A DNA stretch of 64,000 nt from a virus (lineage: Duplodnaviria > Caudoviricetes). Location: IMG/VR virus record IMGVR_UViG_3300011113_000415. One strand, given 5' to 3'. A model generated the notes under the pieces. That model made no database searches. It was not told the origin of the DNA and saw only the letters and a program-made list of their open reading frames with translations. Below are positions 45,246-54,728 of the stretch, piece by piece. How positions within the stretch are numbered: the stretch's first letter is position 1; each line of letters opens with the position of its first letter. Made by a program: the position numbers and the translations under genes.

Positions 45246-46228
45246 AAATCTCTGATGTGTTGACAGAAGCAGTGCCTGTGTCGGCACCATCAAATGTGGG
45301 TCGCGACTACATCAACATGCTGAACTTTGTCAAAAGCAGTGGCCTGGAAAACGTGCCGCAAGATCAGCAGGTGGCAGTGGCCTTGTTTAAAGAACTGCAA
45401 AAGCAACAGCAAAAGAACACACAACTAGGGCGTGAACTCAGTGCCGCAGAGCGGCGCATTGATCAAGCCATGCAAAGCGATGACCTGCGTGATCAAGAAT
45501 TGGCCTCACACGAAGCCGAACTTGAACGTGAACGTGGTGAAATTGAAAAGCAACAACAAAAAATGGGTCAAATTGATCAAGCCTATGCAGGTCGTGCGCA
45601 GGCCAGTGAGCGTCAAATGCAGGCCTTGACAACACAGTTGGCTCAATTGAAAGACAAACCAGGTGTGGACAAAAGCACCGCAGAACAATTGCAAAATCAA
45701 ATTGAGAAATTGCGAAAAGAAGGCATTGGTCAAGACAAATTAAAAGAACTGCAAAAGAATATTGAATCAATTCAAAGCATGCAACAGGTAGATGATTCGG
45801 TAATTCGAGACCTGGTTGCCAAAATTCAGTCTGCAGAGTCTATTGCCGCTGACGCAGTCCAAACCAAACAAAAATTAAGTCAGGACCTGGAACTCAAGAC
45901 CCAGGCAGCCTTGGACCAAGTGGCACAAATGCGACAGGATTTGCAAAGATTACAACAAGTTGAGAAGAAAGTGGCCAGCCTTGATAAAGAACTAAGTGAT
46001 CTGGAAATTGAATACAGCGACACTACTAAATCGGTCATGGATCTTGAACAAAATGTGTATCGCATAGACACTGCAATGACGGCAAGGAATCAGGCAGCCG
46101 CTGCCAATATAGCACGACAAATAAAACAAAATCCTCAGGCAGCGGCAACACAAGTACAAAAAACCCCGGCGTTAGAGCCATTGGCCGAATCGAGTTTTCG
46201 CAAATTAATTCGATGGGCCACCAAATAA
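45242..46228 (+). CDS. Long coiled-coil protein with capsid-targeting-like N-terminus
   Basis: MKISDVLTEA; Gln/Glu/Leu heptads. Confidence 0.7.
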   Translation: MKISDVLTEAVPVSAPSNVGRDYINMLNFVKSSGLENVPQDQQVAVALFKELQKQQQKNTQLGRELSAAERRIDQAMQSDDLRDQELASHEAELERERGEIEKQQQKMGQIDQAYAGRAQASERQMQALTTQLAQLKDKPGVDKSTAEQLQNQIEKLRKEGIGQDKLKELQKNIESIQSMQQVDDSVIRDLVAKIQSAESIAADAVQTKQKLSQDLELKTQAALDQVAQMRQDLQRLQQVEKKVASLDKELSDLEIEYSDTTKSVMDLEQNVYRIDTAMTARNQAAAANIARQIKQNPQAAATQVQKTPALEPLAESSFRKLIRWATK

Positions 46229-46241
46229 AAAGGAAAAACAA

Positions 46242-46859
46242 ATGAGTACAATCTTGACAAAAGACCAACTAAAACAAATGGTCAAGAATCCTTACATTGA
46301 CCACTGGTACGACGTACTGGAACAATTGCTGGATGACTATGACATCAACACCCCGCTACGTGTTGCACATTTTGTTGCTCAATGCGCACATGAGTCAGGA
46401 AATTTTGTTTTTATCAAAGAAAATCTTAATTACAAGGCGGCCAGCCTACAAAAGATTTTCTCGAAGTATTTCCCCACAGCCGAATTGGCGGCACAATATG
46501 CCAACCGGCCCGAACAGATTGCCAATAGAATCTATGCCAATAGAATGGGCAACGGTTCGGAAGCGTCAGGTGACGGATATAGATACTGCGGGCGTGGCCT
46601 TATACAATTGACCGGCAAGGACAACTACACATTCTTTGCAGGCTCATTAGGCATCAGTGTGGAAGAAGCCTCAGAATATCTGGCCACATTTGAAGGTGCC
46701 GCACAAAGTGCCTGCTGGTTCTGGGAACAAAACAATTTAAATAGATTCGCAGATGCAAATGACGTCAAAGGGTTAACAAAAGCAATTAATGGTGGCTATA
46801 TTGGCTTAGATGATCGCATCAGTCATACAGAACATGCATTACACGTACTAGGTGCCTAA
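46242..46859 (+). CDS. Glycoside hydrolase family 19 endolysin
   Basis: AAGGA SD; FVAQCAHESG, GRGLIQLTGKDNY, INGG..GL..R. Confidence 0.92.
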   Translation: MSTILTKDQLKQMVKNPYIDHWYDVLEQLLDDYDINTPLRVAHFVAQCAHESGNFVFIKENLNYKAASLQKIFSKYFPTAELAAQYANRPEQIANRIYANRMGNGSEASGDGYRYCGRGLIQLTGKDNYTFFAGSLGISVEEASEYLATFEGAAQSACWFWEQNNLNRFADANDVKGLTKAINGGYIGLDDRISHTEHALHVLGA

Positions 46860-47852
46860 TTGCCTTTGCCCTCAATTAACAGTCACAATTCATGGTCACT
46901 GTTAGAAGAGGTTTGGTTAGGAGATGTATATCCTGTGGAGTGGTACGAACATCTTGCACCCCAAGTGAGAGATGTTTTTCAAAAACTAACCCAAATCACT
47001 CAACAAGATCTTTTGCTTATTCAACGCACAATTGAGTCATTTGGGGTAGTTGTACGTAGACCACAATTCAACAGTATAGACGACCACTTGGTCCGGGATG
47101 TGTTGCAAAAACCTCCTGTTGTGCCCAGGGATGATTTTGTAGTGGTAGGCAATTGTTTGCACCACACAAACTGTATCAATCCAGCATGGTCTTGGATCGT
47201 AGACCAATATCGCCAGGACTCTGCAAGTCAAGTTCGAGCCAGCCCGCACAACTGTGTACATGGCGCAAATGTTGTGCGTGTGGGTCGTGACATTGTGTTG
47301 GACACAGACGTGTTTGATATTGAATACAATAACTGGTGGCCTGACTATCGAGTACAGATGGAAAAAAATGGCGGACACATGGACGGGTGTTTTGCTGTGC
47401 TACGACCAGGTTTGATCTTGGCCAATCACTATTTTGACGGATATGATCGTACTTTTCCTGGTTGGGAAATATTATATCTAGATAATCCCACATATCACGC
47501 ACACCCCAGCACAGGCTACCAACAGCCATATCCGGTGTACAACGGCAAATTTTATGATACTACTGTGGGCACAAACAAAATGTTCAATGAACACATTATT
47601 CAACATGCTCTTGATTGGGTGGGCAATTACACAGAAACCTACTTTGAATTAAATTGCTTGAGCATAGATGAATCAAATGTGATTATGTTAGCAGAAAATG
47701 AACATTTGGCCAATGATCTAAGTCGTCGAGGCATCACTGTACACTGGGTTCCGTTTAGAACACGCAGTTTTTGGGATGGGGCTATGCACTGCTTGACTGT
47801 GGACATACGGCGTCAAAGTACCATAGAGGATTTTTTTGCTGAGCGTGGTTAA
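46860..47852 (+). CDS. Amidinotransferase (pentein superfamily)
   Basis: LEEVWLG, PRDD, GGHMDG, GAMHCLT. Confidence 0.8.
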   Translation: MPLPSINSHNSWSLLEEVWLGDVYPVEWYEHLAPQVRDVFQKLTQITQQDLLLIQRTIESFGVVVRRPQFNSIDDHLVRDVLQKPPVVPRDDFVVVGNCLHHTNCINPAWSWIVDQYRQDSASQVRASPHNCVHGANVVRVGRDIVLDTDVFDIEYNNWWPDYRVQMEKNGGHMDGCFAVLRPGLILANHYFDGYDRTFPGWEILYLDNPTYHAHPSTGYQQPYPVYNGKFYDTTVGTNKMFNEHIIQHALDWVGNYTETYFELNCLSIDESNVIMLAENEHLANDLSRRGITVHWVPFRTRSFWDGAMHCLTVDIRRQSTIEDFFAERG

Positions 47853-47873
47853 ATACATCACAAGGAAGAAATC

Positions 47874-48434
47874 ATGGCAGAACAAAAACAAGAAACAAAA
47901 CCATTATCACGTTCAGAACGTGAAGCACAAATCAAAGACAAGGCTGGATGGGTCATTGTTGTGCTGGCCGCACTACTGGCCATTAACACATACCTGGGTA
48001 ATGGCAACTCTGGAAAAGTGTTGAACAATACCATTGACGCCAACAACACCTGGGCATTCTATCAAGCCAAATCAATCAAAGGTACCTTGGCAGAAATGGC
48101 ACTTGATGATGCACTGGCACGCAAAGATGTGAACAAGGCTGCCGCTCTCAGCAAAAAGATTGCACGTTATGAATCTGACCCTGCCACAGGTGAAGGCAAG
48201 AAAGAACTAATGGAAAAGGCCCGTGGTTTAGAAGCAGATCGTGCGGTGGCAAAGTCACGTTCACCTTGGTATACATTTGCTGGATCCCTGTTTCAAATTG
48301 CCATTGTGCTATTATCTGCTAGTATCTTGGCAGTGAACAATCGTCTTTATGTGGCCAGTTTATGGGTAGGCGGTGCCGCAATGATCTTGATGAGCCAGGC
48401 CATTTGGCTTTGGATACCTACAATAGGACTATAA
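47874..48434 (+). CDS. DUF4337-like membrane protein
   Basis: TM, WAFYQAKSIK, C-terminal TMs; TAAATA 47850-47855 and SD. Confidence 0.65.
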   Translation: MAEQKQETKPLSRSEREAQIKDKAGWVIVVLAALLAINTYLGNGNSGKVLNNTIDANNTWAFYQAKSIKGTLAEMALDDALARKDVNKAAALSKKIARYESDPATGEGKKELMEKARGLEADRAVAKSRSPWYTFAGSLFQIAIVLLSASILAVNNRLYVASLWVGGAAMILMSQAIWLWIPTIGL

Positions 48435-48435
48435 T

Positions 48436-49194
48436 ATGCCAATAAACATCGGCCCCGGAATTAACTTTGGTCCAGGTATCACAGTTGCCGCAGAGCCATC
48501 TCTCTACACACCATTAGCGGGCAGTCTACAGTTCAACGGGAGCAGTCAATATCTCAGTATGTCGCCAGGATTTGCATTGTCATCTGGGGCATATACCATA
48601 GAAGGTTGGTTCTACAACAACAGTTCTTATGCCACTCAAAAGGCATTGGTTGCCACAGATCAAACAGGTGCTCTAAGTCTATTCAACAATGATGCACAGT
48701 CATTTACCCTGGACAAATATGGTGGCTTGGGTGCCAGGACTTACACTTTTCCTACCAATACCTTGCAGATCAACAAGTGGCAGTACATCATACTCAACCG
48801 CAATGCCAGCACTCAGGTAGAAACCATGTGGGTCGGCACCTTTGTTGATACTAGTTCACTGGTAACTTGCAGTCGTGCTACCGCTGCCGCGGGTGGTTCC
48901 AGCATCAGTGGAGGAACACAGGTCAACAATCTTGATTACACAGGGGTCTGTAACTGGATAGGTAGATTCTATGGGGGATATTGGCCCGGTTATATCACCA
49001 ACCTCAGAGCCACCGTGGGTGCGGCTGTGTATGACAGTACCAACGCCACAGTGACAGCGCCGGCGGCACCGTTGACTTCGGGTGCAAATACCAAGTATTT
49101 AATGTTGGGTGCGGCAGTGACCACAGACACATCGGGCACACAAACTGTTACTAATAACGGTACAGTGACACAAACTTCAACTGTACCATTCTAA
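48436..49194 (+). CDS. LamG/concanavalin-A-like virion protein
   Basis: SLQFNG..QY, YTIEGWF, WQYIILNR, GYITNLR. Confidence 0.75.
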   Translation: MPINIGPGINFGPGITVAAEPSLYTPLAGSLQFNGSSQYLSMSPGFALSSGAYTIEGWFYNNSSYATQKALVATDQTGALSLFNNDAQSFTLDKYGGLGARTYTFPTNTLQINKWQYIILNRNASTQVETMWVGTFVDTSSLVTCSRATAAAGGSSISGGTQVNNLDYTGVCNWIGRFYGGYWPGYITNLRATVGAAVYDSTNATVTAPAAPLTSGANTKYLMLGAAVTTDTSGTQTVTNNGTVTQTSTVPF

Positions 49195-49203
49195 GGAACA
49201 GCA

Positions 49204-49899
49204 ATGGCAATTGTAATAGGACCAGGAATCACAGTAGGACCAGGAATCTCAATAACTTCCGCAACTGCCTATGTGACTTCGGGACTTATTACCTATCTCG
49301 ATGCTGGTGACAACGCCAGTTATCCTGGCACAGGAACCACTTGGACTGACCTAAGCAGTGCAAGCAACAACTTTACTTTGACCGCCGGTCCTCCTTGGAC
49401 CAGTGCTGGCGCACAGAGTTATTTCACAATGGCTGGTGGATATGCTGTGAGTACGGCTATTTTGCCGGCTGCCGCATACACCAAGATAGCCGTGTTCTAT
49501 GTGACTGGAAACTTTCTAAACCTCATCAGTGGCGGAGTTACCAGTACTGATCATGCGTTCTGGGGCAACAACAGTCAATTTCTACAGGCCGGACATAACA
49601 GTGCTTGGTCAACTGTGGTTAGTCCTGTTACCACACCATTGAACCAATGGGTCTACGGAGCAGTAAGTTTCAACACCTCAACCGGTTGGCGACTGTATCT
49701 AAATCAAAATACTCCAGTTACCGATGCCAGCACAACCACATTCTCGCCCACGCCAGCAGTGTGTCAAGTTGGTGCGTATCAAGGCGGTAACTATCTAGGC
49801 GGACGAATGGCAGTGAGCATGATCTACAATCGTGTGTTATCAGACAGTGAAATCACGCAAAACTACAACTATTTCAAGACTAGATATAGTATAGCCTAA
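49204..49899 (+). CDS. LamG/concanavalin-A-like virion protein
   Basis: LITYLDAG..SYPGTGTTWTDLS, W.Y, IYNRVLS..EI.QNY. Confidence 0.8.
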   Translation: MAIVIGPGITVGPGISITSATAYVTSGLITYLDAGDNASYPGTGTTWTDLSSASNNFTLTAGPPWTSAGAQSYFTMAGGYAVSTAILPAAAYTKIAVFYVTGNFLNLISGGVTSTDHAFWGNNSQFLQAGHNSAWSTVVSPVTTPLNQWVYGAVSFNTSTGWRLYLNQNTPVTDASTTTFSPTPAVCQVGAYQGGNYLGGRMAVSMIYNRVLSDSEITQNYNYFKTRYSIA

Positions 49900-49928
49900 A
49901 TCTCAATAAATATCTGAAAGGGGCTAGC

Positions 49929-50474
49929 ATGGCAGAAGAACAAAAATCAATAAGCGACTCAGAAAAGAAAAAAGAAGACTGGATGAACTCTAAATGGCGT
50001 CCGGCCATGGGTTGGATGTACATGTTGACATGTGTCACTGACTTTGTTATCTTTCCTATTCTTTGGAGTTTGTTACAAACTGTCATGAAACAACCAATCA
50101 CACAATGGCAACCACTCACACTACAAGGCGCTGGACTATTCCACATTGCCATGGGTGCTGTGTTAGGTATAGCGGCCATGGGACGCACACAAGAAAAACT
50201 AGCAGGAGCAAACAATGGCGGAGCAGGCACAACCACATCATCAAGCGGCGGTTCAGCATTTGGCTTACCTACAACAGGCCCAGCGCCAGTCACCAACAGT
50301 TGGGGATCACAGCCATTGGGTGGCAACGGCGGAAGCACGTTTGGAAGCGCACCTGTCACAGCACCAGCGTCAGGCTCTGGTAGCAGTGCAGGATTTGGAG
50401 CACCAGCGGCTGAAGTCACTACCGGGTTCGGGGGCAAACCAGCACCTGTAATTCCACCATTCCCAGAAAAGTAA
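49929..50474 (+). CDS. Putative holin (3-TM GTA-holin-like)
   Basis: KWRPAMGWMY, TM helices; TAAATA 49907-49912. Confidence 0.65.
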   Translation: MAEEQKSISDSEKKKEDWMNSKWRPAMGWMYMLTCVTDFVIFPILWSLLQTVMKQPITQWQPLTLQGAGLFHIAMGAVLGIAAMGRTQEKLAGANNGGAGTTTSSSGGSAFGLPTTGPAPVTNSWGSQPLGGNGGSTFGSAPVTAPASGSGSSAGFGAPAAEVTTGFGGKPAPVIPPFPEK

Positions 50475-50488
50475 AAAGGAAAATCAAA

Positions 50489-50722
50489 ATGAAAAATGTC
50501 ATGTTTGTAGCAGGCCTAATGTTTTGTGTGCCAGCCTTGGCTGCTGACTCACACTCAGCAGATGTGGCCAAGGCAGAGGCAGCCAAAACACAGAAAGAAA
50601 CCAAACGGGTGTGTGTAGATCAAATGAAAGACGGCAAGCCTGTCAAGGATGCCAAAGGTGTTGTCAAACAAACTTGTAAAGAAGTCAAGCAACACAAAAA
50701 ACTAGAAGTCGAAAAGAAATAA
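50489..50722 (+). CDS. Small secreted Lys-rich protein
   Basis: AAGGA SD; signal peptide; two Cys. Confidence 0.7.
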   Translation: MKNVMFVAGLMFCVPALAADSHSADVAKAEAAKTQKETKRVCVDQMKDGKPVKDAKGVVKQTCKEVKQHKKLEVEKK

Positions 50723-50772
50723 TACACACCGCCCCGCAAGTCCTTTATAATTAAAACATACAGGACTTTTTC

Positions 50773-51564
50773 ATGCCCGATCACTATGCAACGCTAGGTG
50801 TTGCCCGAACTGCCACTGCCGATGAGATTAAACGGGCTTTCCGTAAGTTAGCCAGTAAGAATCATCCAGACAAAGGTGGTGATACTAAAAAATTTCAAGA
50901 GATCCAGGCCGCTTATGATGTGCTAGGCAATGTGGCCAAGCGAGCGCAGTATGACTCACCACAACCACAGTTCAGCAGTTTTGGTGGCGGTCCAAACTTC
51001 AATGCCAACTTTGATTTCAATACTATATTTGACATGTTTGGTGCTAGGTTCCAACAACCACAACCACAGCGTCCGCAACATTCCCGAATGACTCTTTGGA
51101 TTACACTTCAGGATGTGGCCAATCCTGGCCCTAGAACTGTGAGCATGGGCACACATTCGGGCACTCACAATGTTCAAGTCAACATTCCCGACGGTATTGA
51201 AGATGGTGATCATGTGAAATATGACAATCTGGCTCCAGGTGGTCAAGACCTAGTGATAACTTATCGAATACATCCCATGCCGCGCTGGCAACGCAACGGT
51301 GCTACTTTGATAACAGAAGCACCTGCAAGTTTCTGGTGCCTGGTTGCTGGAGGTGATGTTACTGTGAGTGATATATTGGGCAATCAATTGGCCCTGACAG
51401 TTCCGCCCAATACTGCACCCGGAACCTTGCTACGTGCTAGAGGTCGCGGCTTACCAGATCGTTCGGGCAACCGTGGGGACATGTTGGTTCGGTTACAGGC
51501 CGCACTACCCACCGCAGTTTCTCCAGAATTAATGGCTGCTATCAAACAAGAAATTGGTCAATAA
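50773..51564 (+). CDS. dnaJ: DnaJ/CbpA-type co-chaperone
   Basis: J-domain with HPD, G/F linker, C-terminal domain G.GLP...GD; no Zn-finger repeats. Confidence 0.92.
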   Translation: MPDHYATLGVARTATADEIKRAFRKLASKNHPDKGGDTKKFQEIQAAYDVLGNVAKRAQYDSPQPQFSSFGGGPNFNANFDFNTIFDMFGARFQQPQPQRPQHSRMTLWITLQDVANPGPRTVSMGTHSGTHNVQVNIPDGIEDGDHVKYDNLAPGGQDLVITYRIHPMPRWQRNGATLITEAPASFWCLVAGGDVTVSDILGNQLALTVPPNTAPGTLLRARGRGLPDRSGNRGDMLVRLQAALPTAVSPELMAAIKQEIGQ

Positions 51565-51582
51565 GTAATTGAGCCATAAAGG

Positions 51583-51611
51583 TTGCTGGCCCAGCCTTAT
51601 TCATGTATAAT
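51583..51611 (+). promoter_or_regulatory. sigma70-type promoter
   Basis: TTGCTG-N17-TATAAT. Confidence 0.65.
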
Positions 51612-51645
51612 CAATTGTATGACAACCTCTTCAGGACACAATCAC

Positions 51646-53919
51646 ATGCAACACAACCCAGAAATCGAAAGTATTATTGAAAACGCGGTCAAAATCGCCC
51701 GCACATGGCAACACGAATATGTGTTGACCGAACATGTATTGTTGAGTCTTGTCAGACACGAACCATTCCGTCGTTGCTTGACCAAGTTTGGCACCGACGT
51801 GGCCATGCTAGAAACTGAACTGTGTGCTTACTTAGACAGTTGCCAAAGTCTAGTATCAGACGACCCAGATATCACACCAAGAAAAACCACTGCCCTGGAA
51901 CGCACATTCAATCGTGCGCTGACCCAGGTGTTGTTTACCGGGCGGCGAGCAGTGACCACAATTGACCTGTATCTGGCGCTCATGGGCGAAACCAACAGTC
52001 ACTCACACTACTTCTTGCTCAAGTATGGTGTGACCAAACAGGAGTTTGTGGAGTTTTGGCAGGCCAACTACAATCAAGGCGAAGCCCACAAACTGTCGGA
52101 CCGCCAGGCCACTGAAATCCTAGATGAACATTGCGTGAGTTTGACTGCCCTGGCCAAGAAAGATCGCCTGGAACCCTTGATTGGTCGTGCAAAGGAACTG
52201 GAAGAAATGATTGCTGTGTTGGCTCGACGCTTCAAAGCCAATGTGCTCATGGTAGGCGATCCTGGTGTGGGCAAAACCTGTATTGTGGAAGGCCTGGCAC
52301 AGGAAGTTGCCGCTGGGCGTGTGCCTGAGTTCCTGAAAGATCATGAAGTGTGGAGCCTGGAAATAGGCAGTTTGTTGGCAGGAAGCAAATATCGTGGAGA
52401 GTTTGAAGAAAAGTTCAAGATGGTGATACAGGCCTTGGAAAGTAAGAAGAAGTGTATCTTGTTTATAGACGAAGCACACACCATGCAGGGTGCTGGAGCA
52501 GGATCAAACGGTGCATTGGACTTTGCCAACATGCTGAAACCTGCTATCACTAGAGGCAGTTTGAAAGTTGTGGCATCAACCACCTGGGAAGAGTTCTATG
52601 AAAGTTTTGAAAAGGACCGTGCGCTGATGCGTAGATTCTACCGCTTGGCCATAGATGAACCTGACCGTGACACCACAGAAAAGATTCTGATCGGTCTTTC
52701 TCCCCGCCTTGAGACCTTTCACAATGTGCTGATCGATACCGAAGCCATGACAGCCGCAGTGGACTTGAGCGGTCGCTACATACACGACAAAAAGAATCCT
52801 GACAAATCAATAGACTTGTTGGATGCGGCCTGTGCTAGAGAGCGTGTGAAAGATCAAGGTCAACTCACAGTCACACGTGACTTGATCATGGCTCAAGTGG
52901 CCCGTGTGACCGGTGTGCCAGTGGATCGCTTGCAAAACGAACGTTCGACCAAGATTGTGGATCTTGAATCAAACATCAAGCAGAAGTTGTACGGTCAAGA
53001 TGCCGCTGTAGATTCAGTACTGGAACGTGTATATATCAACTTTTCCGGCATCGGCAATCCCAATCGACCAATGGCTTCATTCTTGTTCTTGGGCCCAACA
53101 GGTACAGGCAAAACAGAATTGGCTCGACTGTTGGCCTCAAACTTGGACATGCACTTGCTGAAATATGACATGAGTGAGTATCAAGAGCGTCACACTGTAT
53201 CCAGCCTAATAGGTGCTCCTCCTGGCTATGTGGGCTTTGAAGATGGCAACATTGGTGGCGGCAAATTGATTTCAGATGTGAGCAGGAATCCATTCAGCAT
53301 AATCTTGTTTGATGAAATTGAAAAGGCTCATCCTGATGTCAGCAATATCTTGTTGCAGATGCTGGATGAAGGACACATAACTTCCAGTAATGGCAAACGA
53401 GTTGATGTCAAGAACTGTATTATCATCATGACATCAAACTTGGGTTCACAGGATTCTGAAGCCAACAACATTGGATTTGGCAGTTTTGAAAAGACAGGCG
53501 AAGATGATCGAGCACTTAAAAACTTTTTCAAACCCGAACTACGTAATCGTATTGATCACGTCTGCAAGTTTGCCAAGTTGGACACCCTGGCCATCAAGAA
53601 AGTTGTGGTCAAGTTTGTGGACGAACTCAAGACAAGTTTGCATACAAAAGGCATACGCCTCGTGCTATCCGAACCAGTCATTGACCTGCTTGCTCTCAAA
53701 GGCTATGATTCGAAGATGGGTGCGAGACCACTCAGCCGCAAGATTGACGAGTTGATTCGTGTGCCGTTGAGCAAGAAGATCTTGTTTGAGAGACTTGCCA
53801 ACTGTGATGTGGTGGCCACTATAGAGGATGATGCTGTGCATTTTGCAATCACTCCAAGATCGGATGCAGTGACCACTATAGGTGATGATGGTATTGTCAG
53901 AATTGTCAATGAAGTTTAA
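51646..53919 (+). CDS. clpA: ClpA-type Hsp100 AAA+ ATPase
   Basis: Clp N-domain (HEYV..EH.LL), GDPGVGKT, DEAH, GPTGTGKT, DEIEKAH, IGF loop, GARPL; start MQHNP after AGGA. Confidence 0.92.
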   Translation: MQHNPEIESIIENAVKIARTWQHEYVLTEHVLLSLVRHEPFRRCLTKFGTDVAMLETELCAYLDSCQSLVSDDPDITPRKTTALERTFNRALTQVLFTGRRAVTTIDLYLALMGETNSHSHYFLLKYGVTKQEFVEFWQANYNQGEAHKLSDRQATEILDEHCVSLTALAKKDRLEPLIGRAKELEEMIAVLARRFKANVLMVGDPGVGKTCIVEGLAQEVAAGRVPEFLKDHEVWSLEIGSLLAGSKYRGEFEEKFKMVIQALESKKKCILFIDEAHTMQGAGAGSNGALDFANMLKPAITRGSLKVVASTTWEEFYESFEKDRALMRRFYRLAIDEPDRDTTEKILIGLSPRLETFHNVLIDTEAMTAAVDLSGRYIHDKKNPDKSIDLLDAACARERVKDQGQLTVTRDLIMAQVARVTGVPVDRLQNERSTKIVDLESNIKQKLYGQDAAVDSVLERVYINFSGIGNPNRPMASFLFLGPTGTGKTELARLLASNLDMHLLKYDMSEYQERHTVSSLIGAPPGYVGFEDGNIGGGKLISDVSRNPFSIILFDEIEKAHPDVSNILLQMLDEGHITSSNGKRVDVKNCIIIMTSNLGSQDSEANNIGFGSFEKTGEDDRALKNFFKPELRNRIDHVCKFAKLDTLAIKKVVVKFVDELKTSLHTKGIRLVLSEPVIDLLALKGYDSKMGARPLSRKIDELIRVPLSKKILFERLANCDVVATIEDDAVHFAITPRSDAVTTIGDDGIVRIVNEV

Positions 53920-54553
53920 CCCAGTTGACCGCAATCAACTGTACTTTGGGCAGTATCAATACTGTATCAGTTTCTACTTGAAAAATGTCAGTGTGTTGAG
54001 AGAATTAGACACCATCAAGGTATTGAAAACCATACAGTATCGCAATCAATGGGCGCCAAGTCGGCTCAGTAGGGGCATGATCTCTGAACAAGAACAACAC
54101 GATCTAATACAAGTGTGTGATTATTTGTTGGCTCGGGCGCATCCATTCAAACGCACAGTAACCACACACTTTATGTACATTTATACCAATCATCCTGAAG
54201 ATTTTCAAGACCTCAACAACACCGGAGGCCTGGTTGTTGGCAAATGTACTCAGACAAACCTGTGTCTACAACCTGGTGCTGTGACCTTAAAGAATCCTCA
54301 GCATAGTTATAGAACATTTTTTAGAGAACGTTGGCTGAGAGATTATGAACTGAGAAACATACGTGAATACTTTCAAGCCAGAGCCGGCCAGTTTAGACTC
54401 AGCCCTGGGTTTAGAATGCTGGTTGAAGGCAAACGCATGTGGCTCATGGACAGTTATTTTGTGGATCACGATGAGCCCAAAGCAGATCTCTTGATCAGCA
54501 TGGCTGTGCCGGGCATCGTAAAAAAGACCCTGCCCATTGTGGCCCGTGGCTAA
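53909..54553 (+). CDS. Hypothetical protein
   Basis: Internal start MKFNP; operon context. Confidence 0.7.
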   Translation: MKFNPVDRNQLYFGQYQYCISFYLKNVSVLRELDTIKVLKTIQYRNQWAPSRLSRGMISEQEQHDLIQVCDYLLARAHPFKRTVTTHFMYIYTNHPEDFQDLNNTGGLVVGKCTQTNLCLQPGAVTLKNPQHSYRTFFRERWLRDYELRNIREYFQARAGQFRLSPGFRMLVEGKRMWLMDSYFVDHDEPKADLLISMAVPGIVKKTLPIVARG

Positions 54554-54563
54554 ATACTGCACT

Positions 54564-54728
54564 ATGGCAAAAATCATTGAAGAAATAGTTGTGATCAAAC
54601 TATCAAAATTGGTCCGGGATTCAGATGCTGACACTGAAATTGTCAGTGACGACACCATTGCTGCCTTGCAATCAGTGGTTGAAGAACTGGCTGGCACAGG
54701 CATCATTGTGGAAGCGGAACGAGCATAA
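54564..54728 (+). CDS. Small late protein
   Basis: TAAATA 54551-54556, 7 nt before ATG. Confidence 0.7.
   Translation: MAKIIEEIVVIKLSKLVRDSDADTEIVSDDTIAALQSVVEELAGTGIIVEAERA

Noticed and set aside
31463-53919. Inteins or introns in clamp loader, PhoH or ClpA
   Set aside because: Lengths and motif spacing are normal; no splice-junction motifs or LAGLIDADG inserts seen.
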